From an uncultured virus (IMG/VR IMGVR_UViG_3300025728_000289) (taxonomy: Duplodnaviria > Heunggongvirae > Uroviricota > Caudoviricetes), in IMG/VR virus record IMGVR_UViG_3300025728_000289: 54,424 nucleotides of DNA, one strand, 5' to 3'. The position numbers and the translations under genes are program-made. Below the pieces are notes generated by a model that was given only the letters and a program-made list of their open reading frames with translations, was not told where the DNA came from and did not search any database. Positions 40,521 to 49,625 of the stretch are shown one piece after another. Position 1 is the stretch's first letter; every line of letters begins with the position of its first letter.

Positions 40521-40733
40521 TCATGCGTATGCTTGTGTGACTGTGTCGTGGTTATCATCAGAGTCAATGACTTTTTTGTTCTGCAAGAATGCCATTATTC
40601 CTTCGTAATTGTAATACGCAGAACTTTTTGCTTCCGGTGCTACAATCAAATCTAGCAACTGTTCAACCATTGAGGACCTTTTGTCTGACATGGCCGCCAA
40701 AATGGCCGCAACTTCGTTATTCGCATTTGTCAT
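40521..40733 (-). CDS. Hypothetical protein (70 aa)
   Basis: RBS GGAGGT. Confidence 0.6.
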   Translation of the reverse strand: MTNANNEVAAILAAMSDKRSSMVEQLLDLIVAPEAKSSAYYNYEGIMAFLQNKKVIDSDDNHDTVTQAYA

Positions 40734-40850
40734 GGATATTACCTCCCAGATGTCATCATTTCTTAACTTTATTTTACATCATGAACAGATGTCTTTTCAA
40801 CATATACCTTGGACAAGCATGACTTTCCATAGAAGAAAAGAGGTATTTAA

Positions 40851-41885
40851 ATGTTCAAGTACTCAGAAAACGCCATATATGTGTCATATAGAGCACCCTT
40901 GGATTATATACATCAGGACTACTATTTGGCTTTAGATAAGCTTTGCATGTACGCTAACAAGATTTATAATTTGGCTAGTCACAATGTAAGAACACATTTT
41001 AAGAAAACCAACCGGTATCTTTTCTTTAACCTCTCGAAACAAATGTGTTTGGATTCCAAATGGTTTGCTTTGCTGGGTGATGATTTGGCCCTCCCGATGA
41101 TCAAAAGGCTGGATAAAGACTACCAATCTTTCTTTCGGTCGCATGAATTACGCAAAAAGGGGATTATCCATACACAAATATCTCGGCCAGCACCGAAAGA
41201 TGAGAGTTCACATGCGTTTCTCATTGTGTCTGCGCCATGTGTGAAAGAGGGAAAAGCGGTAATTCCACTATCTGCAGCATTTCGTAAAAAATTCAAAATA
41301 AGTGAGTTATTGATCGATCTGCCCATTGCGGCGTCTCCCAAAGGAGAGTTGGTCGAGTTACGTATACATCGTTCCAACTCAGGAGAATACTTCTGGGCAG
41401 AGTGTATTTTTGAGTGTATTTCAGACAAAAAACACACATCTACTCCCATCGATGTGATATTCCACAATGGAGATTTTTCTACTACTTTGATGTCCGAAAA
41501 AGGATGTTGCGTAGTCCAGGGTGATTTCTTGGCTTACGCGCATGAATGGTATACTGCAGAGATTGGTGTTATAGACTCTCTCGATTATCCCAAATTATAT
41601 AGAACATTCGCGAAGTACGAGAAAATTATAGATAAATACCTGTCTAATACAGCTCGCATTGTTATGAACCAGGCATTGTCCTTAGGAGCTTCCAAGATAC
41701 GTATCCAACCAAAACATACTGAGATAAACTCAATACCATACAGTATACTTCTTAACAAACTTAGGACACTATCGAAGAAATATAAAGTCGTACTGGTCGA
41801 TGACCAGTATCTTGGTCAGACAGAAACTAACACCTGTCACATTATCAGTGCAGAGTTTCTGAATGACACTGTATTCAAAACATAG
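40851..41885 (+). CDS. TnpB-derived protein with degenerate RuvC (TldR-like candidate)
   Basis: TnpB N-terminal pattern LCMYANKIYN..VR..YQSFF, ELRI; IDLG replaced by VIFH, EESYTS replaced by DDQYLG, zinc finger and NAD motif missing; ORF intact. Confidence 0.65.
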   Translation: MFKYSENAIYVSYRAPLDYIHQDYYLALDKLCMYANKIYNLASHNVRTHFKKTNRYLFFNLSKQMCLDSKWFALLGDDLALPMIKRLDKDYQSFFRSHELRKKGIIHTQISRPAPKDESSHAFLIVSAPCVKEGKAVIPLSAAFRKKFKISELLIDLPIAASPKGELVELRIHRSNSGEYFWAECIFECISDKKHTSTPIDVIFHNGDFSTTLMSEKGCCVVQGDFLAYAHEWYTAEIGVIDSLDYPKLYRTFAKYEKIIDKYLSNTARIVMNQALSLGASKIRIQPKHTEINSIPYSILLNKLRTLSKKYKVVLVDDQYLGQTETNTCHIISAEFLNDTVFKT

Positions 41886-42007
41886 GTTCTCATACAAAGG
41901 AAAAAAGGACTGCCACACCTCTTTTCCTTTACCTATATCTTGATAAGTAGATGGATTACATGGTTTAATCTTCACACTTATCATAATTACATACTGGGGG
42001 TAACGAA

Positions 42008-42376
42008 GTGAATGACAGTATTTTGATTGTAGACGATTCAGCTTTTATGCGCGGCATTATCCGGAACACTCTAAAACAAGTGGGGTATAATGAGATATAT
42101 GAGGCTGCTGATGGTCCCCAAGCCATTGAGGCAGTGGGCTTTCATCACCCTTCTGTTGTTACCCTAGACATCACTATGCCTGGTATGAGTGGACTCGACA
42201 CTCTGGCGCATATCAAGTCTCTTTACCCAGACATCAGGGTAGTCATGTGTTCTTCTATGGGACAATCTTCACATGTAAAAGAAGCCATTCGTTTAGGGGC
42301 TTCAGACTTTATTGTAAAACCCTTTGAGCCAACTCAAATGGTAAGTATAATTACAAAAAACCTTGTCCACAAGTGA
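42008..42376 (+). CDS. cheY: CheY-like single-domain response regulator
   Basis: ILIVDDSAFMR, LDITMPGMSG, SSMGQ, DFIVKPF. Confidence 0.9.
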   Translation: MNDSILIVDDSAFMRGIIRNTLKQVGYNEIYEAADGPQAIEAVGFHHPSVVTLDITMPGMSGLDTLAHIKSLYPDIRVVMCSSMGQSSHVKEAIRLGASDFIVKPFEPTQMVSIITKNLVHK

Positions 42377-42433
42377 CTTGACACGTATCCTCTTTTGGTG
42401 GTAAAATGTTTATAACAAAGGAGAGAGATCAAA

Positions 42434-43003
42434 ATGGACAATAATTCCAGTGTAGAAAGCAAATCAAGCAAAGAATTGAGAGAATGGGTGCTATCACTGC
42501 TTATAGCAGTCGTCTTCGTCGTCCTTCTCAGAACATTTCTCTTCAGTACGTACGTAGTCTCTGGAGTCTCAATGCAACCTAATTTCCACGACGGCGATAG
42601 GTTGATTATAAATAAGCTGCAATACACTTTCGGATCCCCACAGAGGGGGGATGTAGTAGTACTGCATGCATCCGCACAAGATGATTACATAAAACGGGTA
42701 GTAGCGTTGCCTGGAGACACACTAAAAGTTGAGGGTGATGGTGTGTATGTAAATGGAGAACGTATTGTGGAAGGGTACATTCAAGATGAAATCAATATGG
42801 CAAGCGAAATGAAGCTAACCTACAACACTTTGGATCAAGAAGAAGTGACAGTGCCAGAGGGATCTGTATTTGTGCTGGGAGATAATAGATCCAACAGCAA
42901 AGACAGCCGTTCGTTGGGAGCAATACCTATTTCTGAAATAGTTGGAAAAGCGTCTGTACGTTTCTATCCTTTCTCTGATTTCCGTGTTGGAGTTAGCAAT
43001 TAG
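42434..43003 (+). CDS. lepB: Signal peptidase I
   Basis: SGVSMQP, YIKRVVALPGD, GDNRSNSKDSR; promoter 42378-42407. Confidence 0.93.
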   Translation: MDNNSSVESKSSKELREWVLSLLIAVVFVVLLRTFLFSTYVVSGVSMQPNFHDGDRLIINKLQYTFGSPQRGDVVVLHASAQDDYIKRVVALPGDTLKVEGDGVYVNGERIVEGYIQDEINMASEMKLTYNTLDQEEVTVPEGSVFVLGDNRSNSKDSRSLGAIPISEIVGKASVRFYPFSDFRVGVSN

Positions 43004-43015
43004 GAGGCGAAGTGT

Positions 43016-43174
43016 ATGAATACCAAGGGATTCATCGTGATAGGTGCAGGAGTAACTTTATTCATTGTCTCACATCTTATGGGACCATTAGGAACCAATC
43101 CGTCTCTAGCCATCATAGGAATAGGCGCTTGCGCAGCCCTCATCTATGGTGCAGTGAAACTGATCCGTAGGTAA
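43016..43174 (+). CDS. Unannotated 52-aa two-TM membrane peptide
   Basis: MNTKGFIVIGAGVTLFIVSHLMGPLGTNPSLAIIGIGACAALIYGAVKLIRR; RBS AGGAGG. Confidence 0.65.
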   Translation: MNTKGFIVIGAGVTLFIVSHLMGPLGTNPSLAIIGIGACAALIYGAVKLIRR

Positions 43175-43248
43175 ATTTAAATTATTGACACCATACCCAA
43201 CACAAATATACACTTAAAGGTACAAATATGTGTAAGGAGTGTTGGGTT

Positions 43249-43527
43249 ATGTATACTCTGGAACAGATCGTGGAGCAACACAACAAAAAAGAGGCGTTCA
43301 ATAAGCCGATGGGACTCATTGCTACTTCTACTGTCCTTTGTGTAGGCATGGTAGCCGTACTGAGTGTCATTAGCCCCGCTACACTTGTAGTTTTGAAAGC
43401 CCACATGTTGGCCAAGGCAGCTTTGGGACTAAAAATCGCCTCAGGGGGCGTAAAAGTTGCCGGCATTTGTCTTACAGCAAAAGGTGCTTGGGAATTAGTG
43501 CCTTGGAAAAAGGAAGACAGCAAATAG
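43249..43527 (+). CDS. Small hydrophobic membrane protein
   Basis: Promoter TTGACA-N18-TACACT (43185-43214), RBS AAGGAG. Confidence 0.6.
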   Translation: MYTLEQIVEQHNKKEAFNKPMGLIATSTVLCVGMVAVLSVISPATLVVLKAHMLAKAALGLKIASGGVKVAGICLTAKGAWELVPWKKEDSK

Positions 43528-43689
43528 CTGTCTTCCTTTTTTTATATCGATGAAAGACATTGGTTATGCCCATGTCTTCATATAACAAGGTGTCAGTCAT
43601 CGGACTGAAGTGTTTGCACTACTAACACATCCTGACAACAAAGTATTAAAAACAAAGAGAGGGTATCCGAAGATACCCTCCCATATTGC

Positions 43690-44349
43690 CTACTCCTCAT
43701 ATAGGATGCTAGCTGTGACAGCCTTAATATTTACAAGTTCCTCTGCACTATCCAGTAGCTCTTGGAGTATTGTGGTTAGAAAACATTGCACACTGCCCAG
43801 TTCTATGCGTTTTAGTTTACGAACCCCGTCTACATAGGCGTTTTGGAACTCGCGTGAAGGGTTTCCGGCTTGGATCTCATTTAGACACTCCATTAGTAGA
43901 TCTATGGAGTCAGCAGCCTTAAGAATCTGTCCCTCAATAGTATTATCTTTCCCGTTTGAGAGAATATGTTTATACATATCGGCATAAACTGGGGACAACT
44001 GACTGTAAAGCATATCATTCGCAAAGATCTCTTCAATAGTCTCGATATGAGCCTTAACTTCGGGGTTATGGTTTTTGATTGGTCCTTTGATATCCCCCGT
44101 GTAGGCTTCCTTAAAATCGTGGTTTAACGCTTTTTCATACAACTCTTTCCAATTGATTACTTGTCTGAACTCTGTTTCTTCGATTCGTCCGAGCAACTGG
44201 GCTGTCTGAGCAACTGTAAAGCTATGTGCAGCTACAGTTGGTCTGTTGTCCCCCATAATATGAAGACCTGGCCACCGCCATAGTCTGTTGAGTTTCCTGG
44301 AGTCGGATAACACCAAACTTAAATTTTGTAAATTTGCCTCATGATTCAT
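43690..44349 (-). CDS. HD-domain YfbR-like 5'-deoxynucleotidase (DatZ-like candidate)
   Basis: RWPG, VAAHSF, ALNHDFKEAYTGDI, AADSID; promoter TTGACA-N18-TACACT (44430-44401). Confidence 0.85.
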   Translation of the reverse strand: MNHEANLQNLSLVLSDSRKLNRLWRWPGLHIMGDNRPTVAAHSFTVAQTAQLLGRIEETEFRQVINWKELYEKALNHDFKEAYTGDIKGPIKNHNPEVKAHIETIEEIFANDMLYSQLSPVYADMYKHILSNGKDNTIEGQILKAADSIDLLMECLNEIQAGNPSREFQNAYVDGVRKLKRIELGSVQCFLTTILQELLDSAEELVNIKAVTASILYEE

Positions 44350-44478
44350 CTGCATACACTCCTTATCCTTTATGGCAATACACGCCATGTCTGTATATAA
44401 AGTGTAATATGTCACATGCTTTTTTGTCAAGCGAATTGGGACAAGAAAAAAGAGGCACCACGTGTGCCTCCCTCCTCT

Positions 44479-44928
44479 TCAACTGCCTATGAGTCTGTGC
44501 GCTAACATACACTCCCCCACTAATGGGTCATCCATATCTAGGTATTTCAGTTTTCTACTGTCTAAGTCCAAGACCATGGCATACTCCTCGTTGTGCGGAT
44601 GAACATCAAACATACCCTTGAACACTAAAAAAGATCCGGAACAGTAGGTCAGTAAATCTGCCTTGTACTCAGACGCGTTTGTAAACAACATATTGTGCAG
44701 TTCCAACGTTTCTGCTAGTTGCGAATCGCTCAGCACCACTTCAGTTTCCATATCTCGTGATCTTGCTCGATTAAACAGTATTATAGGGTACACAGATAGC
44801 CCCAGAAAACAAGTGGCTCTATCGTTTTTCTCGGACCAGTCACTAGTGATTCTAAGTGTTTTTGTTCGATCACATACAACGGCCGATTCGATATCCCCAT
44901 AGATCGATATATCACGTATCTTACGCAT
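44479..44928 (-). CDS. Hypothetical protein
   Basis: RBS AAGGAG; promoter TTGCGA-N18-TATAAT (44989-44960). Confidence 0.6.
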   Translation of the reverse strand: MRKIRDISIYGDIESAVVCDRTKTLRITSDWSEKNDRATCFLGLSVYPIILFNRARSRDMETEVVLSDSQLAETLELHNMLFTNASEYKADLLTYCSGSFLVFKGMFDVHPHNEEYAMVLDLDSRKLKYLDMDDPLVGECMLAHRLIGS

Positions 44929-45043
44929 ACAAACACTCCTTATATATTGTCCTCTCTCCATTATATCACAGTGAGGGGCAGGGTCGCAATAACTTATTGA
45001 GATACATTTTGTTCATATGTTATGATGTGTTGGAGGTGATAAC

Positions 45044-46237
45044 ATGGAAATTATGTATACTGCACAGGATCTCGATAACCATCATATATTGACGAAATAC
45101 TATTTCATCCAGAAGATAGAGTTAGGCTGGGATGGCCTGTATGATCTTAAAATCACATTTCTGCCGTCGTTTAATATTCCTGTATATGTAAATCGGTTTA
45201 GTCCGGAAAAACGTGGGTTTTTCGCCCAAGTATTTGGACAACAACTACCCGCGTACATAGCGGATGTCCTTGGGTCCATGAGTCCTGAGAATCTTTATTA
45301 CTTCATTTCAAAAAGTCAAGGATCTCCATATTTTGAGGCTAATCAAGTGATCTATTCTAACCAAGCAATGTTTGCTTCGTTACGTGTTTATCTGAGTGGC
45401 AAGGATTACTGGATTAATTGGAACAAGACACCTGTACACCATATCCATGCAGGCCAGTGTGATGGGAGAAGTAATCCAGAGATCCTAGAATCCCTCCGCC
45501 ATGCTATAAATACAGAGATAGCGGACATCAAGGACTTGCATGTGTCTCTCCACCCTAATGGATCTACACATATGCAAGAAAGGTCATTCTCCTTGGTCAA
45601 AGAGGGAATCCAGTGGCGCAGAACAACGGCTAAGAACAATCTCATACACCAACTACAGTGGGAAAACTCTGGAGTTGTATGTCCACCAAAAGATTATGTG
45701 GGCAAAAAGAAATTTATGAAACCACCAGATAATGATGAAGTATACTTGAGACGGTGTCTAGATGTGCAAAAAATGTACAGTTTATGGCAACAAGATACAT
45801 ATGTGGAAAAGAAACGTTCTCACACGGATGTTTACTATCACCCCATCAGATCTGAAGTTTACATTTGTTGCTGGGACCCGATTAAAAAGGTGGAGACTCG
45901 AAAGAGTCATGTGAGTGCTCCACACAAAACAAATAGTTTGCAACAGCCACCTTTGGAGATAGTGCACCCAAGTCAAATCCAATACCTCTATTCAGATATA
46001 GAAGATGCTGTATACACCAAAAATGATAGTATAGTTTTCACGAATGCTGAGACGTATAGGTTGCCAAATGGTGCAACAATATACTGCTTTTGCATTCATA
46101 ATACCACTACGAACGAAGAATCTGAAGAACATTATGCCATTGTGGCGAGTGATATAGTCTATATTCTTTCTGGAGATGACCCGCATGTGAAACAGGTCTT
46201 GAATTTGAGGATGCTGAAAGATGCCTTAATGATATAA
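45044..46237 (+). CDS. Hypothetical protein
   Basis: RBS GGAGGTG; promoter TTGAGA-N18-TATGAT (44997-45026). Confidence 0.7.
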   Translation: MEIMYTAQDLDNHHILTKYYFIQKIELGWDGLYDLKITFLPSFNIPVYVNRFSPEKRGFFAQVFGQQLPAYIADVLGSMSPENLYYFISKSQGSPYFEANQVIYSNQAMFASLRVYLSGKDYWINWNKTPVHHIHAGQCDGRSNPEILESLRHAINTEIADIKDLHVSLHPNGSTHMQERSFSLVKEGIQWRRTTAKNNLIHQLQWENSGVVCPPKDYVGKKKFMKPPDNDEVYLRRCLDVQKMYSLWQQDTYVEKKRSHTDVYYHPIRSEVYICCWDPIKKVETRKSHVSAPHKTNSLQQPPLEIVHPSQIQYLYSDIEDAVYTKNDSIVFTNAETYRLPNGATIYCFCIHNTTTNEESEEHYAIVASDIVYILSGDDPHVKQVLNLRMLKDALMI

Positions 46238-46299
46238 AAATTTCTTGACGGAATCTCTAGGATGTGTTTTACTAAGAAAAAATATAGAGGTGACTAAGT

Positions 46300-46473
46300 A
46301 TGAAAAAACCTATGTCTAGTTTATCTTGGAGGAATCAGTGGCCTGAGGGTGTAAGAGGTGGGGTCACAAAAGTAAAAGAAAACAAGAAAGGAAAAGGGTC
46401 TTACAAAAGATCAAAAGAAAAGAGTGGCCATCGATCATACCAAGATGGCCACTCTTTTTATATATATACATGA
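46300..46473 (+). CDS. Unannotated ArfA-like alternative ribosome rescue factor (57 aa)
   Basis: MKKPMSSLSWRNQWPEGVRGGVTKVKENKKGKGSYKRSKEKSGHRSYQDGHSFYIYT contains the ArfA signature NKKGKGSYxR; RBS GAGGTG; terminator inside the CDS. Confidence 0.7.
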   Translation: MKKPMSSLSWRNQWPEGVRGGVTKVKENKKGKGSYKRSKEKSGHRSYQDGHSFYIYT

Positions 46474-46633
46474 GAGCCACACCCCTATTCCCTTCAGTCG
46501 GAGTGTGGCCAATATTTGGGGCATCGCATTTGAGAAGGGCATCTCATGCTTTCCCTAAGTTAAGGAGTGTATGAAGGGAAACTGTCACGAAGAACTGCGC
46601 CAGCACCACGGATTTAATGTGTTCCCTTCATAC
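46415..46633 (-). ncRNA. Candidate structured ncRNA (about 215 nt)
   Basis: Promoter TTGAAA-N18-TATAAT (46667-46638); stems 46569-46580/46622-46633 and 46475-46485/46500-46510; ends at the bidirectional terminator. Confidence 0.5.
46418..46459. terminator. Bidirectional intrinsic terminator located before the arfA-like stop codon
   Basis: 15-bp perfect stem AAAAGAGTGGCCATC / GATGGCCACTCTTTT. Confidence 0.8.
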
Positions 46634-46699
46634 TTTTATTATACATCATGTACAAATTATATTTCAACATATACTATGGACGAATCCCCTCAGATGCTA

Positions 46700-47578
46700 C
46701 TACTCTACTACCTTAAGAGTGACATACTGTCTACCGAACTGTAGCGCCTCACTCATTGTGGCTTTTAGAACATCTATCCGGAATCCCTTAATATCTCCCC
46801 CGACATCCTTCGTTTCCCAAATTCCTAAGCTCTTCCCATCAACGAACAATTCCACTTTTCTATTTAGATCGATCACATTCGGGTCAACAGCGATGATCTT
46901 CGGTGTTGTTTTTCGAATATCGACCCCGGCTGCAGTGATACCGGAACATCCTGTGCATTTTGCTGTGTATGCCGTAGCTTCTACTGTAAATATCGCCCCA
47001 ACTTGCTGTTTCACTAGTATTGTTTTCTTACTACTAGCTGAAGTAGATTTGATTTTGTTACTTGTAGTTGAAGGTAATGTAGAGGACGTAGTTTTCACCG
47101 TATTTTGTATTTTCGATTGGGCCGCGCCCAACTCAGTTCTAGTATTGTCCAGTTTATTTTTTACGCTACTGAGTTTAGACTCGGCTGTCATCAGTTCTGC
47201 CTGAAAAGCTTTCTTTGTATAAGATATCTGCTTATTTAGGCCCGATATCGTCTCATCTTTCTTTGACATCTCTTCCTTCAGCACCACCAACTCTTGTCTT
47301 ACGGAGTTTGTTGTCTCCTCGTTCTTTGCCAAAGCCACCGAATTGGCTTCATTTGCTTGTTCTATTTTTTGTTCGTACATTGCTTTTGTCGCTTCTATCT
47401 CTGCAGAAGATTTTGTGTACATAGAAGCTAGAGTAACCGTAGATATCATAAATGCTAAAGCGACACCACCACCAACAATCTTTCTCCAATTTGACTTCAA
47501 TAAACTAGGTGTATGTTTGTCCAACGTTATAATCCTCCTATAAATGTTTTTGTTGCTAGTTCCTACCCTAGGTGTCAT
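46700..47578 (-). CDS. 3D-domain cell wall protein with coiled coil (YocH/YuiC-like)
   Basis: EATAYT..C.GC.GIT, IAVDP, DVGGDIKG.RIDV; TM plus coiled coil; start may be TTG 47524. Confidence 0.85.
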   Translation of the reverse strand: MTPRVGTSNKNIYRRIITLDKHTPSLLKSNWRKIVGGGVALAFMISTVTLASMYTKSSAEIEATKAMYEQKIEQANEANSVALAKNEETTNSVRQELVVLKEEMSKKDETISGLNKQISYTKKAFQAELMTAESKLSSVKNKLDNTRTELGAAQSKIQNTVKTTSSTLPSTTSNKIKSTSASSKKTILVKQQVGAIFTVEATAYTAKCTGCSGITAAGVDIRKTTPKIIAVDPNVIDLNRKVELFVDGKSLGIWETKDVGGDIKGFRIDVLKATMSEALQFGRQYVTLKVVE

Positions 47579-47724
47579 AAGTATGCACTCCTGAATTCTA
47601 CCACCATGTCTATATACATGTCAATACTATATGCCTAAGAGACTATCTGCCCTGTGCCTGCATGTACTTGATAGTTGTCCCACCAGCATGCTATGATATG
47701 TGCATACCACAGGAGGTGATACAG

Positions 47725-48798
47725 TTGTTGTTGATTGCGATTTTCGCGGGTATTGTTTTGATGGCCATACCTCTTTATAAATACATAAGATACCTTTCCT
47801 TGAATCGCATGCTTGCGGATATCCTTGTTAGGGGCAACACATTGGAAGATGTTAAGACCTCACAGGCGGCTAATAAGCTACTGCACTTTATACTAGAGAG
47901 AGAGTACCTGACATTATTGGAAAGAGAGAGAAAGAATTTGCCATATTGTTCAGGTCAAGAGCTCAAATTTATGTTCTGGCACAGTTTGACATATAATAAA
48001 AACCATACCGCAGATTACGTGACCTTTCTCTCAATTATAACCAAAGAGTTGAGTCGATACTCAGTATATCCTGATGCTTTTGTCAGATTTTTGCGTAGAA
48101 AAAATCAGTCTACTCAAGTGTCTGGGTTCCTAGATTCTATTCTTAACATCGAAAACAAAGATTGGGAGGCCAAACACTTGCATGTATACAACGATGACGA
48201 GTGTACAGGGTTACTTTTCAAACGGAATAGGCTTAGTCATTATTACGTGTGGAATAAGAAAGGACAGATGCTTGCAAGATGGACAGGCTCAATGCGTGAT
48301 ATTCCTGGATGGAGTGAACGACAGAGTGCCCACCCCTTGGATTTTTACAATGTAGACAGGGATATAGTACCACAGTTAGCTTTCTATGAGTCAAAAATCA
48401 AAGAGCTATCAGAAGACTATCGGGATCTTAGGGATCCCTTAAGGCACCTTAATACATCCTTGGTGTTGTTCAATGACACAGCTCGGTCTTTTGTTGACTA
48501 TATGCAGAGTGATCATTATGTAGTTAGTCAAGATGAAGTGCGAGAAGTATATGCGGAATATATACCCAAAGTTCTTTCTTCTCTTGCCACTCTCGTCGAG
48601 AGTATAAGGTATGGAAAGGATCCGAATGTGTGCATTCAAATTGAAAAATTGAGACAATCTCTGCCTTTTCATCGTGCCACTTTAGAAAATCACATGGATA
48701 CTGTCTCCGATGTATTAGTTAACAACGCTCTTGTGGAACTAGACCATGTAAGACAAATGATAATATGTAAAAATCGGGGAGGCTTTGACATATGGTAG
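47725..48798 (+). CDS. Membrane-anchored hypothetical protein
   Basis: Promoter 47668-47697, RBS AGGAGG, N-terminal TM. Confidence 0.65.
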   Translation: MLLIAIFAGIVLMAIPLYKYIRYLSLNRMLADILVRGNTLEDVKTSQAANKLLHFILEREYLTLLERERKNLPYCSGQELKFMFWHSLTYNKNHTADYVTFLSIITKELSRYSVYPDAFVRFLRRKNQSTQVSGFLDSILNIENKDWEAKHLHVYNDDECTGLLFKRNRLSHYYVWNKKGQMLARWTGSMRDIPGWSERQSAHPLDFYNVDRDIVPQLAFYESKIKELSEDYRDLRDPLRHLNTSLVLFNDTARSFVDYMQSDHYVVSQDEVREVYAEYIPKVLSSLATLVESIRYGKDPNVCIQIEKLRQSLPFHRATLENHMDTVSDVLVNNALVELDHVRQMIICKNRGGFDIW

Positions 48799-49592
48799 AG
48801 ATGATAATAGTGCTAATGGTGGTGGCTATCATTATAATGCTTGTTTTTGGGATAACTACGCCTATGCGTCAACTTGCAGAAACGGCAACGGAGTTGAGGG
48901 ATACAACAGTAGCTACAACAAGTGATATCGCATCAAGTGGAGTGGCTGGAAGGATAGCTTCTGATGGTGTATCAAACCCTATCCCAAATATTGGAGAACT
49001 ATTACTTTACTTCTGGGAAAATCACTGGATTCTGATTGTTGCTCCCATCACAATTTTCGTGTTATTCAAAGTGTTGGCTGTCCTCGGCCGAGTATTGATA
49101 AGCGAAAGTCCTGGACACTCCAAGACATTTGGTATAGATAAAAGGAGTGAAATCCATGAGTATGATACAGATGTGGGTACACCTCAACAGGAAGAACATC
49201 CATATGTAGACGATATATTAAAAATGATTAATGAGTGTAATCAAGTCAAAGGCGTGGTGACAAAAAGCCATAAAGAGTTACTTTCTAGTTTGACCAAGCT
49301 CGCTGACACAGCCAGACAATCTCTAACATTGGATGCATCCGTAGATGAACACACTCATGCTCGTCAGATATTTACCCTCCACCTTGATCAAATCAACAAG
49401 GCCATTGGCACATATGTATCCCTATATCACACGAGTAAGGGTCATGCAGAAGTTCTTGGAGACAACACAAGGAGTGTTGTAAATGAGATGGTAGATGGTC
49501 TTAATTCGTACATGGACGATGTAGCAAAGTCGCATGCTATGAATGCAGAAAGAGGGCTCGAAGTAGTAAAAAGCATGTTGAGTAGAAAATGA
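48792..49592 (+). CDS. Two-TM membrane protein, paralog of 49626-50333
   Basis: Shared HKxLxSSLTxLxDxA, ARxxFTxHL and A..AE..L.VV..M motifs. Confidence 0.65.
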   Translation: MVEMIIVLMVVAIIIMLVFGITTPMRQLAETATELRDTTVATTSDIASSGVAGRIASDGVSNPIPNIGELLLYFWENHWILIVAPITIFVLFKVLAVLGRVLISESPGHSKTFGIDKRSEIHEYDTDVGTPQQEEHPYVDDILKMINECNQVKGVVTKSHKELLSSLTKLADTARQSLTLDASVDEHTHARQIFTLHLDQINKAIGTYVSLYHTSKGHAEVLGDNTRSVVNEMVDGLNSYMDDVAKSHAMNAERGLEVVKSMLSRK

Positions 49593-49625
49593 TCTACCCC
49601 GACACCCGTTAGGAGTGATAATACA

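Noticed and set aside
40851..41885. Active IS200/IS605 element or Cas12-like nuclease
   Set aside because: RuvC catalytic motifs are degenerate or absent; no tnpA or CRISPR array
43548..43682. Ribozyme or riboswitch in the hairpin-rich intergenic region
   Set aside because: Several stems, but no hammerhead core or known aptamer motif and no clear dedicated promoter
48770..48830. Frameshifted type IV prepilin (RGGF / MVEMIIVL)
   Set aside because: GGF is in the upstream gene's frame and coincides with the RBS; an in-frame stop precedes the ATG
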